From: Eledone cirrhosa
Taxonomy: Eukaryota
Direction: 5' to 3'
DNA: 64,000 nucleotides
Assembly (NCBI GenBank): GCA_964016885.1
Contig: OZ024741.1
Location: 66,836,001-66,900,000, forward strand
Shown here: one piece after another, positions 30,983-45,430 of the stretch
Position numbering within the stretch: position 1 is the first letter of the stretch
Layout of the letters: each line of letters begins with the position of its first letter
Translations under genes and position numbers: made by a program
The notes under the pieces: model-generated
Database searches by the model: none
The model's input: the letters and a program-made list of their open reading frames with translations, nothing else
Told to the model about the DNA's origin: nothing

Positions 30983-31325
30983 GAGGCACATGGTTTAGTG
31001 GTTAGAGCATTGGCCTTGCAAACGAAAGGTTGTGAGTTCAATTCTCAGACCGAGTGATGTGTTGTTTCCTTGAGCAAGACACTTTATTTCACATTGCTCC
31101 AGTTTACTCAGCTGTAGAAATGAGATGATAGGACTGGGGTCCCTATCATTCCACTGCAAAGTGGTTGTGGAGGTGCCATGTCAAAAAAGCACCCAGTACT
31201 CACTGTAAATGAGGTTGGTGTTAGGAAGGGCATCCAGCTGTAGAAATCAAGCCAGAATCAGTTCCCGTCCCACCCTTGCAAGCAGGGAAAAGCGGACGTA
31301 AAATGATGATGATGATGATGATGAT
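30983..31325 (+). mobile_element. CORE-type tRNA-derived SINE with (TGA)n tail
   Basis: A/B-box-like head TGGTTTAGTGG...GAGTTCAATTC, CCTTGAGCAAGACACTT, and 3' end GGACGTAAAATGATGATG. Confidence 0.75.
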
Positions 31326-31439
31326 AGATACACACAACTAAAACGGAATAGACACTTGCTGATTCTTTAGCCATTGTCTCATGAATAAAGAATATATTTA
31401 TGTATGTATGTATATACACACACTCACACACAGACACAG

Positions 31440-31500
<61 letters not shown>

Positions 31501-31924
31501 CATACATACATACATATATATATATAAACACGGACACATACCGACATACATACTTACAAATAAACGCCGACGCACACACACGCACACACACACATATACA
31601 TATATATACAAACCGAATGAGAGAAACATCATACGACCGTGTGTCTATTGATTTTCACTATTGATTCCGGAGAGAAATCTAGAGAAAGTATCGCAGACAC
31701 CATTGATTCTCCTAGCAGGGTGTTCTGTGGAAACGTCTACAGTCAAAGAACTGCAGTGGAGGTGAAGAGAATTCTTGGAAACAAAGGAGTTCCGTCTATA
31801 ACAGATTGCTGCTTGCTGCGTGAAGAATCGGTAAATGTCTCGAAGTTGACTGCTTGTTGGATAAATAAACAAACAGCTGTCTAATAGTCACCTGATTGCA
31901 ATATATGTACACCATTATGTATAT

Positions 31925-32480
31925 ATGTATGTTTCTCTTTCTCTTAACGTCGAGTACATTTTTGACCGGCCACCTCTCTGGTGGCAAGGTTGTAAAAGAA
32001 AAGAGATTGTCATCCTTTGAATTGCAAGAATATTTTCCAACTTTTGAAGGTGCCAGGTATCGCGGCCATTTATAGTCTATGAATTAGGGAGCTGCTCTCT
32101 TTGTCCAAAAATTCAAGTTCAGTAATACTTTGGTTTAAGCGGGTTGGTATATAATATGTATCTCCAATAATGACGGGCATGAAGCTGAAGTTGTATGTTG
32201 GATACTGGATCTGCAAACTACTTATCAATGGTCCTTAGCTGACCTCCTTCGCCTGTATTTTTCTTATAACTTTGACATCAAGAGGGCAGTTGATCTCTAC
32301 AACAGGGAACGTTTTCAATATGTTGTCCTAAACAACAATATCAGGCCGGTTGTACTTTAATTTGGCGGCAGTGTTTATTTTCAGATTTCACCAAGATTCC
32401 TTAGTGCCATCTATCTTAACAAATTCCTCCTCATTTATTTTTAATGTATCGTCTTCTGGATTTATTTTGTTAATTTCTCA
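31925..32480 (-). pseudogene. 3' end (RLE endonuclease + UTR) of an R4/Dong-like LINE; same 3' end at 54534-54712 (+)
   Basis: Minus translation KYNRPDIVV*D...VVEINCPLD...PVIIG. Nucleotide match to 54534-54712. Confidence 0.7.
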
Positions 32481-33052
32481 CTAATAGGGAGGGAGCAGGT
32501 TCCTACCTAGAAACGAGGCTCATCTCAGATAATTTTATTTTTGTTTTTAGTTTGTTATTAGCTTGAGTAGCAAATCTGATAGACAGATTGATGCTTCTGT
32601 CGGGTCTTAAGCCAATCATCTGTGAAACGAACGTAACTGGTCGATTATCAACAAAAAACAAAACAAAAACATTCATATGAATCTTCGTCTTGTTATACTT
32701 AATGTACAGACCCTGCCTCAGATTTCACTGCTGATATTAGTTCCGCCTATATATACATGTAAGCGGCTAATTGAGTCATTAGAACGTCGGATAGAATGCT
32801 TTATGGTGTTCGTTCCGGCTCTTTGCTCTCTGAGTTCAGGTCCCGCCAAGGTCAACTTCGCCTTTCATTCTTTCGAGGTCGATAAAAAAGTACCAGTCTG
32901 GTATTAGGTCGATTCTTCGTCTATTTCTCTTTCTCATTTCCTATCTTTCGCTGGAAGAAATGTGCTGTATTCAGATCTGGAGTGGCTTAAAATGCCCAGG
33001 AAAGGCCGTATGTCAATATGGCTCCGAGACGACTCTATCAGGGGTTACGTGA

Positions 33053-33150
<98 letters not shown>

Positions 33151-33921
33151 TTTTAAGTTTCAAATATTATAAATTATCCAATCGGATAATGTCTATCACG
33201 TCAAAAGGCCACAGTGATATTTGAATTCAGAAGGCAAGGTGCTGTAACAATTACCGCAAGGTATTTTCGACATCTATTCTCTGAAATGTGTCAGTATGGC
33301 ATTTCAACGCTTTAACGAGTCATTCAATTCAGCATGCATTTCTGAAATCAAGAGTAAAGTAGGATAATAAGAGGGCTGTACATACGGAGCATTACAACGC
33401 TTTGAATTATGCGATATATCTAGAATTAATTCTTTTATTTGACTTTTTGTCTTTCTACAATTTATGATGGATGTGAACAGATACTGGAATATCTCAATGT
33501 GACAGCAAAATTATGGTATATTGGTTACTTTATTTTAGCTTAATTGAAAAAGTCTATAAGGTTAACAATATACAATATAAAAAGGACAATTAGACTGAGA
33601 CAGTTCATGTGGTGGAGAAAGGTGATCGAGAGAGGAAAAGGAGAAAGGTAAGGGTCATATTTCTAGGAGCAAGGCGATATGTTGGAGAGAGAGAGAGGGA
33701 GAGAGAGAGGGAGAGAGAGAGAGATGGAGGGGTGAGAGAGAGAGATGGAGGGGTGAGAGAGAAAAATAGAGAGAGAGAAAGATAGATAGATAGATAGTTA
33801 GATATATAGATATATATAGAGAGAGGGATATATATATATATATGTATAGAGAGAGAGAGAGAAAGAAAGAGGGATATAAATATATATATATAGAGAGAGA
33901 GAGGGAGAGAGAGAATGTGTA

Positions 33922-33982
<61 letters not shown>

Positions 33983-34187
33983 CAGAGAGACGGGGTCAAT
34001 ATGATTAGGAAGGAAATTGCGAATGGACCGAATGAAAAGGGGAGGGGGAGATAGGTAAGATGTAGAGAATGTGTACTTATGTTTATAGGTGTGCGTGGTT
34101 ATGGGAATGTGACTATGTATGTTTAGACATATATATATATATATATATTCACATACACACATAAGCGCGCGCGCACACACACACACT

Positions 34188-34227
<40 letters not shown>

Positions 34228-34228
<1 letters not shown>

Positions 34229-34453
34229 CAAAGGAATTGTGGTAAGGAACCAGATGGACCATAACGCACCAGAGTACTCAATACTTAGGGTATTAGAGTG
34301 GGAAATAGGAAAAAGTATGACTCCGTATATAGGATAAAGTATGACTCCGACGGCAGAGCTCAAGCCGTTTCGACGGCTATTTCTGGACTATTTCTGTAGT
34401 CCAGAAATAGCCGTCGAAACGGGTTGAGTTCTGCCGTCGGAGTCATACTTTTT

Positions 34454-34501
<48 letters not shown>

Positions 34502-34652
34502 ATAAAATAAAATAAAATAAAATAAAATAAAATAACAGGAGGCTGGACTGGTGTAAATCCTTGAAAGGTTTATTATACTATGGTCATTTCAATGACCGGG
34601 TTCCATATGAATCCGGTGATATCATCAGGTATTTCAATACCAACAAACCTAA
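34228..34652. mobile_element. Family A fold-back half-ribozyme insert (34228-34460) plus family D pLTR with HHR (34576-34631, minus)
   Basis: Inverted arms GACTCCGACGGC...GGACTA / TAGTCC...GTCGGAGTC. 34576-34631 is the reverse complement of 20055-20110. Confidence 0.8.
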
Positions 34653-34714
<62 letters not shown>

Positions 34715-35102
34715 TCTTGGTGCAACAGATATGAACTTTCCCGATATAAGGTATGACTCTCTTTGTTTATTTTTTATATGAATATTGACTGTTTGTTCTT
34801 GTATCTCATTCTGTTATTTTGCCCGAGAAAATATCTATATGTGTCATTAAGCGAAGCGCACATATGGTTATTTTTTCATATCCAATTGAGTTCTAAGCAC
34901 GGGGCTTGAATTCTTATCGGATTTCAACGACCTGCGCATGTATTGTTTTGGCGGTAGTCTCCTTCCTCCTATTTTCGAGACAGTGTGAGATTTTCTTTAG
35001 AACTGCTGGACTAACAACCTAGCAGCTCCCTCAAGCACTGATGGTGATTATCGCTAAATATTGATGTTGATTTGGTTATCAATATTAATATTATTGGGTT
35101 AC

Positions 35103-35222
35103 CCACTGAAAAATTATAAGAGCCCACTTGTATAAGATCTGTTGATCTTATACAAGCTTCTACATAATTTGGTATAATTTCACCCAACTTGTAAAAATCT
35201 TATAATGAAACGAGTCGTCTGG
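35103..35222 (+). ncRNA. Hammerhead-like motif with G8A core (probably impaired) in solo pLTR 34715-35345
   Basis: CCA-CTGAAAA-ATTATAAGA...TCTTATAAT-GAAA-CGAGTCG-TC^TGG, with an internal perfect 13-bp hairpin. Confidence 0.65.
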
Positions 35223-35345
35223 AAAGTGATATATTTGATATATCTCATATGAAATGATACAGCCAATTCTCCACACAATACAATATAGTTAGCACCCCGA
35301 ACGTTTAATTAGGAATATACTCAGATATTTCCAAATGTTTGTTGA

Positions 35346-35454
<109 letters not shown>

Positions 35455-35462
35455 TATATATA

Positions 35463-36320
35463 TATCATAAATCATGTCTTTAGAATTATTAGATAAAATA
35501 TATACCATTTCCTCTCCCAATCAGCATAATTAACCATATAAAAAAATCAATTAGACCAAGCTATAAGAATAAAGGCTCTTATGAAGAAATCTCCGACAAA
35601 TAACCGAAAGTGGCCTCTTCGCGGTGGCCCTAATAGAGTATTTATCCAACATTTCGACAGCATGTAGAAACTGACTAAATATACCATCAACTATACACAA
35701 TTAGGTGTAAATTCAAACTTAGAAGAAATGTGTACATACCGTAATTATATCTCTACCATGGTTTCATCCGTATTTTTATACATCCAATTAATAGGAAATG
35801 CCCAGAGTTCGGATTCATCAGGAGACAAACTCAAAATTAGACACTTAGTTTTCCAAAGTGATCGCGCCAAAATTAGATTCAAAAATGGCTAAGAACCGCA
35901 ATTTGGCAGTGGTCAAGTTAGAAAGAATGTGATTGGTTGCTTACGGCGGGTAGGCTTGTTGCTAGAAAGCGCAGCCAAATATCGCCAAATTGTATCTCAA
36001 CCTAACGGGAGATTATTAAATATAACTTTATGTATATGTAAACCTTTATATTTAATAATATCCTGTCGAAATGTTGGATAAATACTCTATTGGGGCCACT
36101 GCGAAGAGGCCACTTTCGGTTATTTGTCGGAGATTTCTTCATAAGAGCCTTTATTCTTATAGCTTGGTCTAATTGATTTTTTATATGGTTAATTATACTG
36201 ATTGGGAGAGGAAATGGTATATATTTTATCTAATAATTCTAAAGACATGATTTATGATATATTGCTCTGATTATTTAATTTATTAATTCTTCATAGAGCC
36301 ACAAAGTGACCGGTTGCAAC
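35463..36320 (-). mobile_element. Family C HHR element, fold-back form
   Basis: 35463-35660 is inverted at 36063-36260. Homologous to 11184-11892. Confidence 0.8.
35750..35825 (-). ncRNA. Hammerhead ribozyme family C (canonical core)
   Basis: Minus strand: TCTC-CTGATGA-ATCCG...CGGAT-GAAA-CCATGG-TA^GAGA. Confidence 0.88.
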
Positions 36321-36337
36321 ATATATATCTATAACTT

Positions 36338-36387
<50 letters not shown>

Positions 36388-36433
36388 GAAACAAATACAC
36401 AAGCACTAACACACACGTACACATGCACAGTTT

Positions 36434-36530
<97 letters not shown>

Positions 36531-36602
36531 CTGTGCATGTGTGCGTGTGTTTCAGTGCTTGTGTGTTTGTTTCTATGTATATATGACTGTCACCACATAT
36601 TA

Positions 36603-36641
36603 TGAATCTGAAGATTGCGAAAGCATGAAAGTACTTGTTCA
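36603..36641 (+). ncRNA. Minimal hammerhead ribozyme in pLTR 36385-36760 (inverted arms around (TA)n)
   Basis: TGAAT-CTGAAGA-T TGC GAAA GCA T-GAAA-GTAC-TT^GTTCA. Confidence 0.8.
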
Positions 36642-36791
36642 ATTAACACTTAGAATTTAATATTCTACCATACTATTTCATTCTAATACCATTATAAATT
36701 TTAAAGGATTGTAAATAAAACGAGTAAATCAGACAAAGTTGGAATTCCTCTTATTAATATAATCTTCTATACACAATCATACACACCCGTG

Positions 36792-36871
<80 letters not shown>

Positions 36872-36943
36872 TATATATATAAATGTGTGTGTGTATATAT
36901 ATATATATATAAATGCGTGTATATATATATATACATATATATA

Positions 36944-37066
<123 letters not shown>

Positions 37067-37377
37067 GTATGTATCATACGTAAATTCGTATAAAAATGTT
37101 GAGAGAAAGAAAGAAAATGTGAGACGAAGACATGAAGTAAGAAAAGTACAGAGAGAGAGAGTGAGAAAGAGAGAGTAAGAGAGATAGTGAGATAGAGAGA
37201 GAGTGAGATAGAGAGAGAGTGAGAGAGAGGAAGTAAGTGAGACAGAGAGAGAGGTGGGGGGGGGGGTAAAGGAGGTCAATCAGAAGAGAATTGGTCACTA
37301 ATGACACATATTCAAGGTTAGACGTAAAGTGGTATTGTCAAAAGAAGTAATCAATAGACACAACAACAACAATAATG

Positions 37378-37806
37378 ATAATTGTTTCTACTTTTGGCAC
37401 AAGGCCAGCAATTACCCAGTGTATTACTGGTACTTTATTTTATCGACCCCATAAGGATGAAAGGCAAAGTTAACCTCGGCGGGATTTGAACTCAGAATGG
37501 CAAGGGCCGTAACTCTATGCGTCAAAGCATGGCGTCCGACGCTCTACCGATACTGCCAATCCACTGGCCAACAACAACAATGATAATAATTGTTTCTTCT
37601 TCTAGGCACAAGGCCAGCAATTTTGGACGAGGGGAAAGTCGATTAAATCGACCCCAGCACATTACTGGTACTTTATTTTATCGACCCTGTAAGGATGAAA
37701 GGCAAAGCTAATCTCGGCAGGATTTGAACTCAGAACGTAAAGGGTCATAACTCTATGCTCCAAAGCAAGGTGTCCGGCGCTCTACCGATACTGCTAATCC
37801 ACCCCC

Positions 37807-37861
<55 letters not shown>

Positions 37862-37990
37862 TTTCTAATATAGGCACAAGGCCAGTAATTTGTGGGGAGG
37901 AGAAAGTCATTTATATCGACCGCAGTTTATTACTGGTACTTTATTTTATCGGCCTCGCAAGGATGAAAGTCAAAGCTAACCTCGGTAGGA
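37378..37990 (-). mobile_element. Three tandem SINE copies separated by (AAT/AAC)n
   Basis: Best-preserved copies of the family first seen at 60-480. Confidence 0.85.
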
Positions 37991-40900
37991 TAAGAATTAC
38001 AATAAAAATCTCGCAGTAGAGTGAAGACCACTCAGGGGCGACTCAGGAAACCCACTACTCCTGAACCACTCCAGGAGGGCGACCCTCTCCTCTCCAAATC
38101 AACCAGCCTACAAACGTATGGTCAGAGTAGGCCCATTCCCACGGGCCATCATCGGAACGTTCACCGATTTTTTGCAAATGTACTGGTAGGGGGCAGCACT
38201 TCCCTCTCCACCTTCACTAACCTTTCCAGGCGAAACCTGCAAAGGTTGATGAGAAATTGGCCGAAAAGAAAAGTGTATGTCTTCCGTTCTTTCGCCTCAT
38301 CCACCACACAAACTCTTTCGCTGCAGCCACCAGCAGATGGAAAAAGCTTGCCCTTCTCGGCCAAAAGAAGGCAGGGGTGCGATCTTCACGATGGACTCGG
38401 TTGATAGCCGGATCCGTCCCACGTGCGATAACAAATGTTTGACATAACTCCACAAGTCAGTAATGTACGGACACTAACGCGGGTGTGCAGAACGGTTTCG
38501 TCGCTCAGCGCGCATCTCAGACATTCCTTGTCTATAGAGTTTGTCTCGAACCGGCAGTGCTCCTCACACGCTCCATTTCTCTCATGTAATAGTGATTCCA
38601 GAATCAGAACATACAACAAAGACAAAAGAGGACAACCTTGGTGAACTGAGCGCATGATGTTGAACGATTCCGAAAAGCGACCCTTCACTTTGACTACACA
38701 GCACAGATCTCTGTGCATTTCAGTGAATCATTTCTTTGAAACCGGGTTCAAAACCACCCGCCTTGTGGACTGCCGCCATGTATCGATGGTCGAACACATC
38801 GGAACCATTCCTTAGACACACCCTCTATGATGTATCACATAAGGTATAGGTTGCCTTGGATGAATCTTTTACGAATGAGCCTCCCCTACAAGACTACTTA
38901 CTGATGACAAGCGCCAACCTCGTCGATAAAGTCTTGGGCCAAAAATTGTCTACGTTGTCCGTCGTCTTCGGGCACTGAGTCAGCTGTGCCCCAACACCTT
39001 GGTTCACAGAACTGGGGATTTCCGCCTTCTGCTGTCTGTTGCAGCAGACATTTGACAGGATGTCAACAAACAAGCCTGGCAAGTAAGCGTAAAACTTGTA
39101 GGGCAGATTATCTAAACTAGGCGATTTGAGTTTCGTACTGCTAGTCATCGCTTGCTGTATTACAGCGGCTGTTAGCTTTTCACAAAATTCCGCCTCCGAT
39201 ATCAAGAGCCGTGGTAATCCGTCGAGGTATGTAATGAAACGTATCCCGTGATCCCGCAAACTACAGCTGCAGAAGAGACGAGCGAAGGGTTGCTGAAAAG
39301 CAGCACACATCGGCTTGGGATCGAGTAACATGCGTTCGTTGTGGTCCGCCAAAGACCAGATTGCGGTTTTGTTGCCACATTTCGCTCCACCATTCGGGTC
39401 CCTTGAACTGCTTTCGTCCCTTCATGCCTAAGAGCACTAACCCTAGCTCTGACAACGCAACCTTCATGCTTCGCGTTCAAGAATTGGTCGAGCACGAATC
39501 TCACTGCCAGCACATCGGTTGCAATGCCTTTCCAAATGACTTATAGCTTTTTAACTTGTTCTTCCTCTAGTATAGTTTTCTCTATCGCTACTCCTATACT
39601 AAACCTAATTGATTCTTTACACTGCTTATCCTGTGTGGAGCTATCCTTGAAGAAGTCGAGGAAAAAGATGAAGGACGTGACAGTATATTCACCAGGAAAA
39701 TAGAGAAAATATTCAAATATAAAGACCATGAGTTTGTGATAATCCTTTTAGTAATCTGAAGCTTTACAACTGTTCATCAGGAGTGTACCAGAAAGGCCCT
39801 TGGAGCATTTTTTGAAATTTAAGCTTCTTTCTAAAGACAGCAGAACCTTTCCAGAAGTTCTGCATAGACTCCTGGTGTTATGTGTATCAAGAAGCAGTCG
39901 GGTTTTGTTTTCACGAGGAACTTTTTTAATTCTGGCCCATCTGTTTTATGTCTCTCTGTTTATTTACGAAGTCCATCAACTTCTGTGATATTGTGTAGAG
40001 TTGTTTGCTTTTTCGTATTCAGCGGATTTTGTTGTTACACTTGTTTCTGTTCATGCTCCTGTTGGCGTTGCTGAGTTGTTTTAAGTTATTGTGTATTATT
40101 TTGTGGTGTTTGGAATAGATGGGAGCTGGATTTTATTCTACGTTGTTTAGTCTGTTGGCCTTCTGTTTGGGCTGTTTTCTTTTCTGTCTCACATTTTCCT
40201 CTCTGTCTCTCTACAGAGGTTCCACGCCGGGAGTAGGAAACAGAGGAGTAGAATGGTGCGTGAATGATGTTGATGTTTGGTCGGCTCGTGGTTGTGGCGG
40301 TGCTGTTGTTGTTGGTCGTAGAAGGTAGGGTGGAAACGGAGTTTGCAGCTGTTGTTGTTGGTACTGCTGCAGATTCTGTTGATGGTGTTGTGGGTGGCTG
40401 GCTTTGTTGATGACGCGGTTGAGCTGTTTGTAGCAGTGTAGGTTTTTGCTGGGGTATCTTATGTAGTATTTCTGGTTTTATTTGGATTAGAATCTCCAAC
40501 CTGACACCCGACCAGTTTTCTTGTGGAAACTTTTTTTATTTCCAGAACCATGTCCGCAACTTCTAGGACCAGGCATCTAACCACCCACAAGAAATCTAGC
40601 CCTGTTAGCACTTCCGAAATTTTTACTTTAATGACTGTTCAGCTCCAGTACGTTGGAAAGATTGTGAGTTCTGCGCTCTTGCATGGGACAACTGTAGGTT
40701 TTTGCCGGAGCTTCTATGTAGAAGTCAACTCACACACCCGTATATTCTTGCTTGTGTTAAAAAATCAATGTCGTTCCCTATGGTATTCAGACATTTTTCT
40801 ATTTGTCCGTGAGATGCCGTTTCTAAAATTAGGCTTTTAATATTCAGACATCGGTTCTCTTGGCTGTTTCATCGAGGGGGTTGTAGCGGTACAGAAAGTG

Positions 40901-41356
40901 TGGTTTTCCTGCCCTTTGTGCTTATGATTTTCCCAGCCTCTTCCATGTGCGTATGTATATTTTCCAGGGATACACAGTGAAACAATTTGGCAACTTCAGC
41001 AAGGGAACCCATCTTGAGCATACTACTATAGTTGTTGACAATGTTGATGTTATTGTTGTTGTGGCTGGGTGTGGTGCTGGTGGTATTATTGTCGTTGATT
41101 GTGGTGGTGTTGTTATTGCTGCTGTTTGTTTCAGCTACTACTAAGGCAGTGGCTGTACTGGAGTTGAAATAAGTGTTATTGTTGGTAGTGATGGTGACAG
41201 TGGAGGTGGTGTTTGGATTTAACATACGGAAATTTTCGCTGAAATTCTCTAAAATATTTTCGAAATTGTTACTTTTTCCAAATGCTTCTATAGTGGTGGT
41301 GATCGTGGTGGAAATGGTGGTGGCGTAGATATCGTTGCGGCTGTTAGTGATTGGGT

Positions 41357-41393
<37 letters not shown>

Positions 41394-41520
41394 CGTTGTC
41401 GTTGTCGTTGTTGTCGTCATCATCGTCGTCGTCGGTGATGGTGTCCGTGAGATTTGTTTGTTGACTTTTACTGTTCGTTTTGATCTGTTAAAGGTCAGCA
41501 ACGGACTCTATAAATAGAAT
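37990..41520 (-). pseudogene. Decayed Tx1/L1-like LINE (ORF1 remnants, RT, C-terminal Cys motif); related scrap at 55440-55870
   Basis: KSPSLDNLPYKFY, SVHQGCPLLSLLYVLILESL, KECLRCALSDETVLH, KVEREVL, with many stops and frameshifts. Confidence 0.7.
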
Positions 41521-42129
41521 TTTGTTGTCTTTCTCTTTCAAGTCTTTAGAGCTGCCATCAAACCAGGTCAAGTTATTTTGATTGGAAGAGGGTCATGCTA
41601 TTTCTAACATATTTTATTTGTTTTTAATTCCCATTTTTTTACAGCGTGCTACTTATAAGAATTTAAATTTTTTTCGAAATAAGAAAAAGTCCTTTTCTCC
41701 ATCACCCGTGAAAGACATTCTTTACAGATATCTGGACAAATTTCTTATCAAGGCGATTAAACAAAATGTGTAGACGAAGTCACTGAAATAAAAACAAACT
41801 TTGAACACAAACCGCTTGTAGCTCCAAATTACTTCACCAGTCACAGTTGAAGTAAAGACACAGCGTATAGTAGTTGTATATATCACGAGTGCCATTCATA
41901 TAAATCGAATAGGAACGGGCAGAAGAACTCAGTGTTCACTATATATATGTCAACTGTCTTAGAAAAGTAGTAAAGATACCTTTATAGTGTTCTACTAAAA
42001 GAAAATATATTTTCGGAAGCTTAAAAACATGTAAGAGTTATATATTAAATAGACGCAAATGAATCTGAACAGCACGATCTTAGTTCATCTAAGCTAGATA
42101 TCGTATGAATGGTAATTCTATTTATGGAA

Positions 42130-42545
42130 TATCTCATATCAATACAGTTTAATAGAACAAGGAAAAAAAAAAAAGAAAATTTAGATTGAGAAGAATGGAA
42201 TGTAAAATAGGAAGGTATAAATAAAAAAGAGAAAAAGAAAAAAAAAACAGAAAAGAGAGGGAATGGCAAGGACTTTAATGTCACAGAAGAATGAGGAGGG
42301 GGAGACGGGGTAACGGGGCTGCACCCCACGGACAAGGTCGCAGAAGCATTCCCGCGGACAATGGACAGCGACACCCACTGCAACAGTCACCCCACCTCGC
42401 GGTGCTCCTTCCTCAGACGGGCCGCCGACGTTCTGATCTTGTGGAGGAGCTCGATTGTACGGGGTCCAAGTACGCCTGAGGTCTCAACGGAGACTGGTAC
42501 GAAGAGGAAGAGGCGGGACAATCCCCGGTATTTGTTTATTTTCCG
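42130..42545 (-). mobile_element. 3' end of a CRE-like (RLE) non-LTR retrotransposon
   Basis: Minus translation KYRGLSRLFLFVPVSVETSGVLGP...LQWVSLSIVRGNASA. Confidence 0.65.
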
Positions 42546-42807
42546 CTGTACTGAGGTTTGTGGCCAAAGCTGGAGGTGGAGCTAGATATTAAATTACTGA
42601 AAGTACACAGTGACTAAATAACTAAGCTGTTCATTATTTTACCGTTCTCTCCTCCAATCACTTGACTATCATCTTCTTTCGTCTCCCTTCAACTCGTTTT
42701 CTCTTTCTTATTATCTTTCCCTCTATAGTTACTTGAGTATATTGATTACGTCTGAGGACAGCAACACTTTATATATGTTCTCTCTCTCTCTCTGTCTGTC
42801 TCTCTCT

Positions 42808-42921
<114 letters not shown>

Positions 42922-43066
42922 GGAGAGAGAGAGCGAGAGAGAGAGAGAGAGAAAAGCTGAGATTGGAAATAGCACTGAAAATATATCTAAGGGTCTGTGT
43001 TTATTTTTTCTTTTCCAATTACACCTCTTCTCTATAACCACTGTTTTGTATAGAACCTTACTCCCC

Positions 43067-43142
<76 letters not shown>

Positions 43143-43374
43143 TCTTGAGTGTGATTTCGTATTACGAAGGAATGAGCCCTCGGTATGTAAACATTGATGT
43201 GATTTATATACTCAAATAAAAGATATTCATAATTGTACTAAAAGCACTTCTAGTTTCATAGACATTAATGGTAAATTGACATATTCTGCATTATCCGAAC
43301 TTGTACATGCATCCTGTCATGCTTAATCTTGAAGTACATGTTCTGGTAATGGCTGACACAAGTATTTTCCAATA

Positions 43375-43513
<139 letters not shown>

Positions 43514-43536
43514 TTATATATGTATTTATATATGTA

Positions 43537-43580
<44 letters not shown>

Positions 43581-45430
43581 AAGGTTTTATTTAAAATTGT
43601 TGGGTTACAACAAGTAAATATTTTATAACTGATATAAAGCACTCGACAAGTTTTGGGAGTATATATACAATATTAAACAAATGGAAACTATATTTATAAA
43701 ACCATATTTATTTCATTATACATATTTCAGGGATACCATATTAAAAATATGGCATGCCTTCGTCAGATAAAATACAATATATAAACAGTTTTATAAATAA
43801 TTTTGACGTACCATATTATAAGCGACCATTAAATTAGGAAGCTGTCTGGGTAGTGATTTGTTTATAATTATTTAGTTATAGTGTTAAGCACAGTTAGAAA
43901 AAAGACGGAGAGAAAGAAGAAACGGAGGTAAAAAAACCCAGAGAAATAGAGGGGAGAGAAAGAAAGGAGGAGGTGAAAAGGAACAAGGAAGAAATAAGAG
44001 AGGCAAACGAAAACAACAGATAAATAATAATTCACCATACATATCGAAAAACTCAAGAGAGAGGGAGTACTATATAGAGAGAGAAGGATAATAATTATTT
44101 AGTTATAGTGTTAAGTACAGTTAGAAAAAAGACGGAGATAAAGAAAAAACTGGAGATAAAGAAAAAGAAAAAACGGAGAGAGAGAGGGGGGAGGAAAGGA
44201 AGAGTGAGAGAAAATATAAATACAAATATATAGGAGGAAGTGAAAGAGAAACAACAGAGAAATAGGAGAGGCAAACGAAAGCGATAGATACATAATAATT
44301 CATCATACACAAAGACAAACTCAAGAGAGAGGAGAAAGTACTATATAGAGAGAGAAGGATATAGTTACATCTTTACGTCATGTCATATCAATTTAAATTA
44401 TCAATTCATATGAAATGGATAATAAGAATGCAAATATCAATATTCATGAATGAGACATAGATATATAATATGAGAAAATAACATTGTTCAATAATGACCA
44501 TATGTTTAGTTTAAAACTCTGAGGTCAATATACCAAAATCTGAGATAAAACCTATAAAAAAAAATTACCCTATTTATAAAAATACGGAAATATATATGTA
44601 TATATATATACACGTATATGTACTTTCTGAAAAAAGAAAAAAGAGAAAATTATGTCTAACTCTAGTCAATAATAAGACATACACATGACTTCACCTGATC
44701 AACTTTATAATTTCTTGTGTCATACAAAAAATTTCTTGTGTTATAAAAATTTCACTGTATATATACATAAATATACGATTAATATTCATGTTCTCACATA
44801 TATGATTACCGTTTATGTATTTAATATTATGTAACATATACAAAACCATACCTATATATATATATATATGTATATATAAAATCTGCGTGAGTTTTCCAGC
44901 ATCTCTACGCACATATACAGACACATGAACACATAAAATAAACTCTATAAACCTTCTATATGCATGTTAATACACATATGGCCTTTGTATAGAGATAATC
45001 AAATATCAATATATCAGCACAGAAACATCAAAACATTAAAATACTTTCAACACATTATAGAGTATCTCAGGTCAAAAACAATATGCTTCATATATTTACT
45101 ACACATCTATCCTTCCCATATTTCAAACAATATATTGCAAAGTTAGTTATAAGCTATCAGAGTCAAATAACAAATAAAAACAAAAAATTATTTAACAAAA
45201 ATTATTTAAAAGATTTAGAAGACCCAGTGATTCTACGGATGCCCTTATATTTAGTATAGAAATTTATCTTGCGTAAAATTTATTTAATACATTGGGAGCA
45301 TATACACTTTAGAGTAGTTTATTACATCTTTGTTTATATTTAGGAAGAAGGTTTAAAAAGAAAAAGGTGAAGGAAACAAATGATTTATCGTCAGGTTTCA
45401 TATATTAACTAAATTTCTTAATTAATTATA

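Noticed and set aside
31640-31880. Unique, moderately GC-rich stretch that might be a host exon
   Set aside because: No recognisable protein similarity and no convincing splice-site pair; RNA-seq would be needed.
37378-37990. tRNA genes
   Set aside because: The A/B-box-like motifs belong to SINE heads; there is no full cloverleaf.
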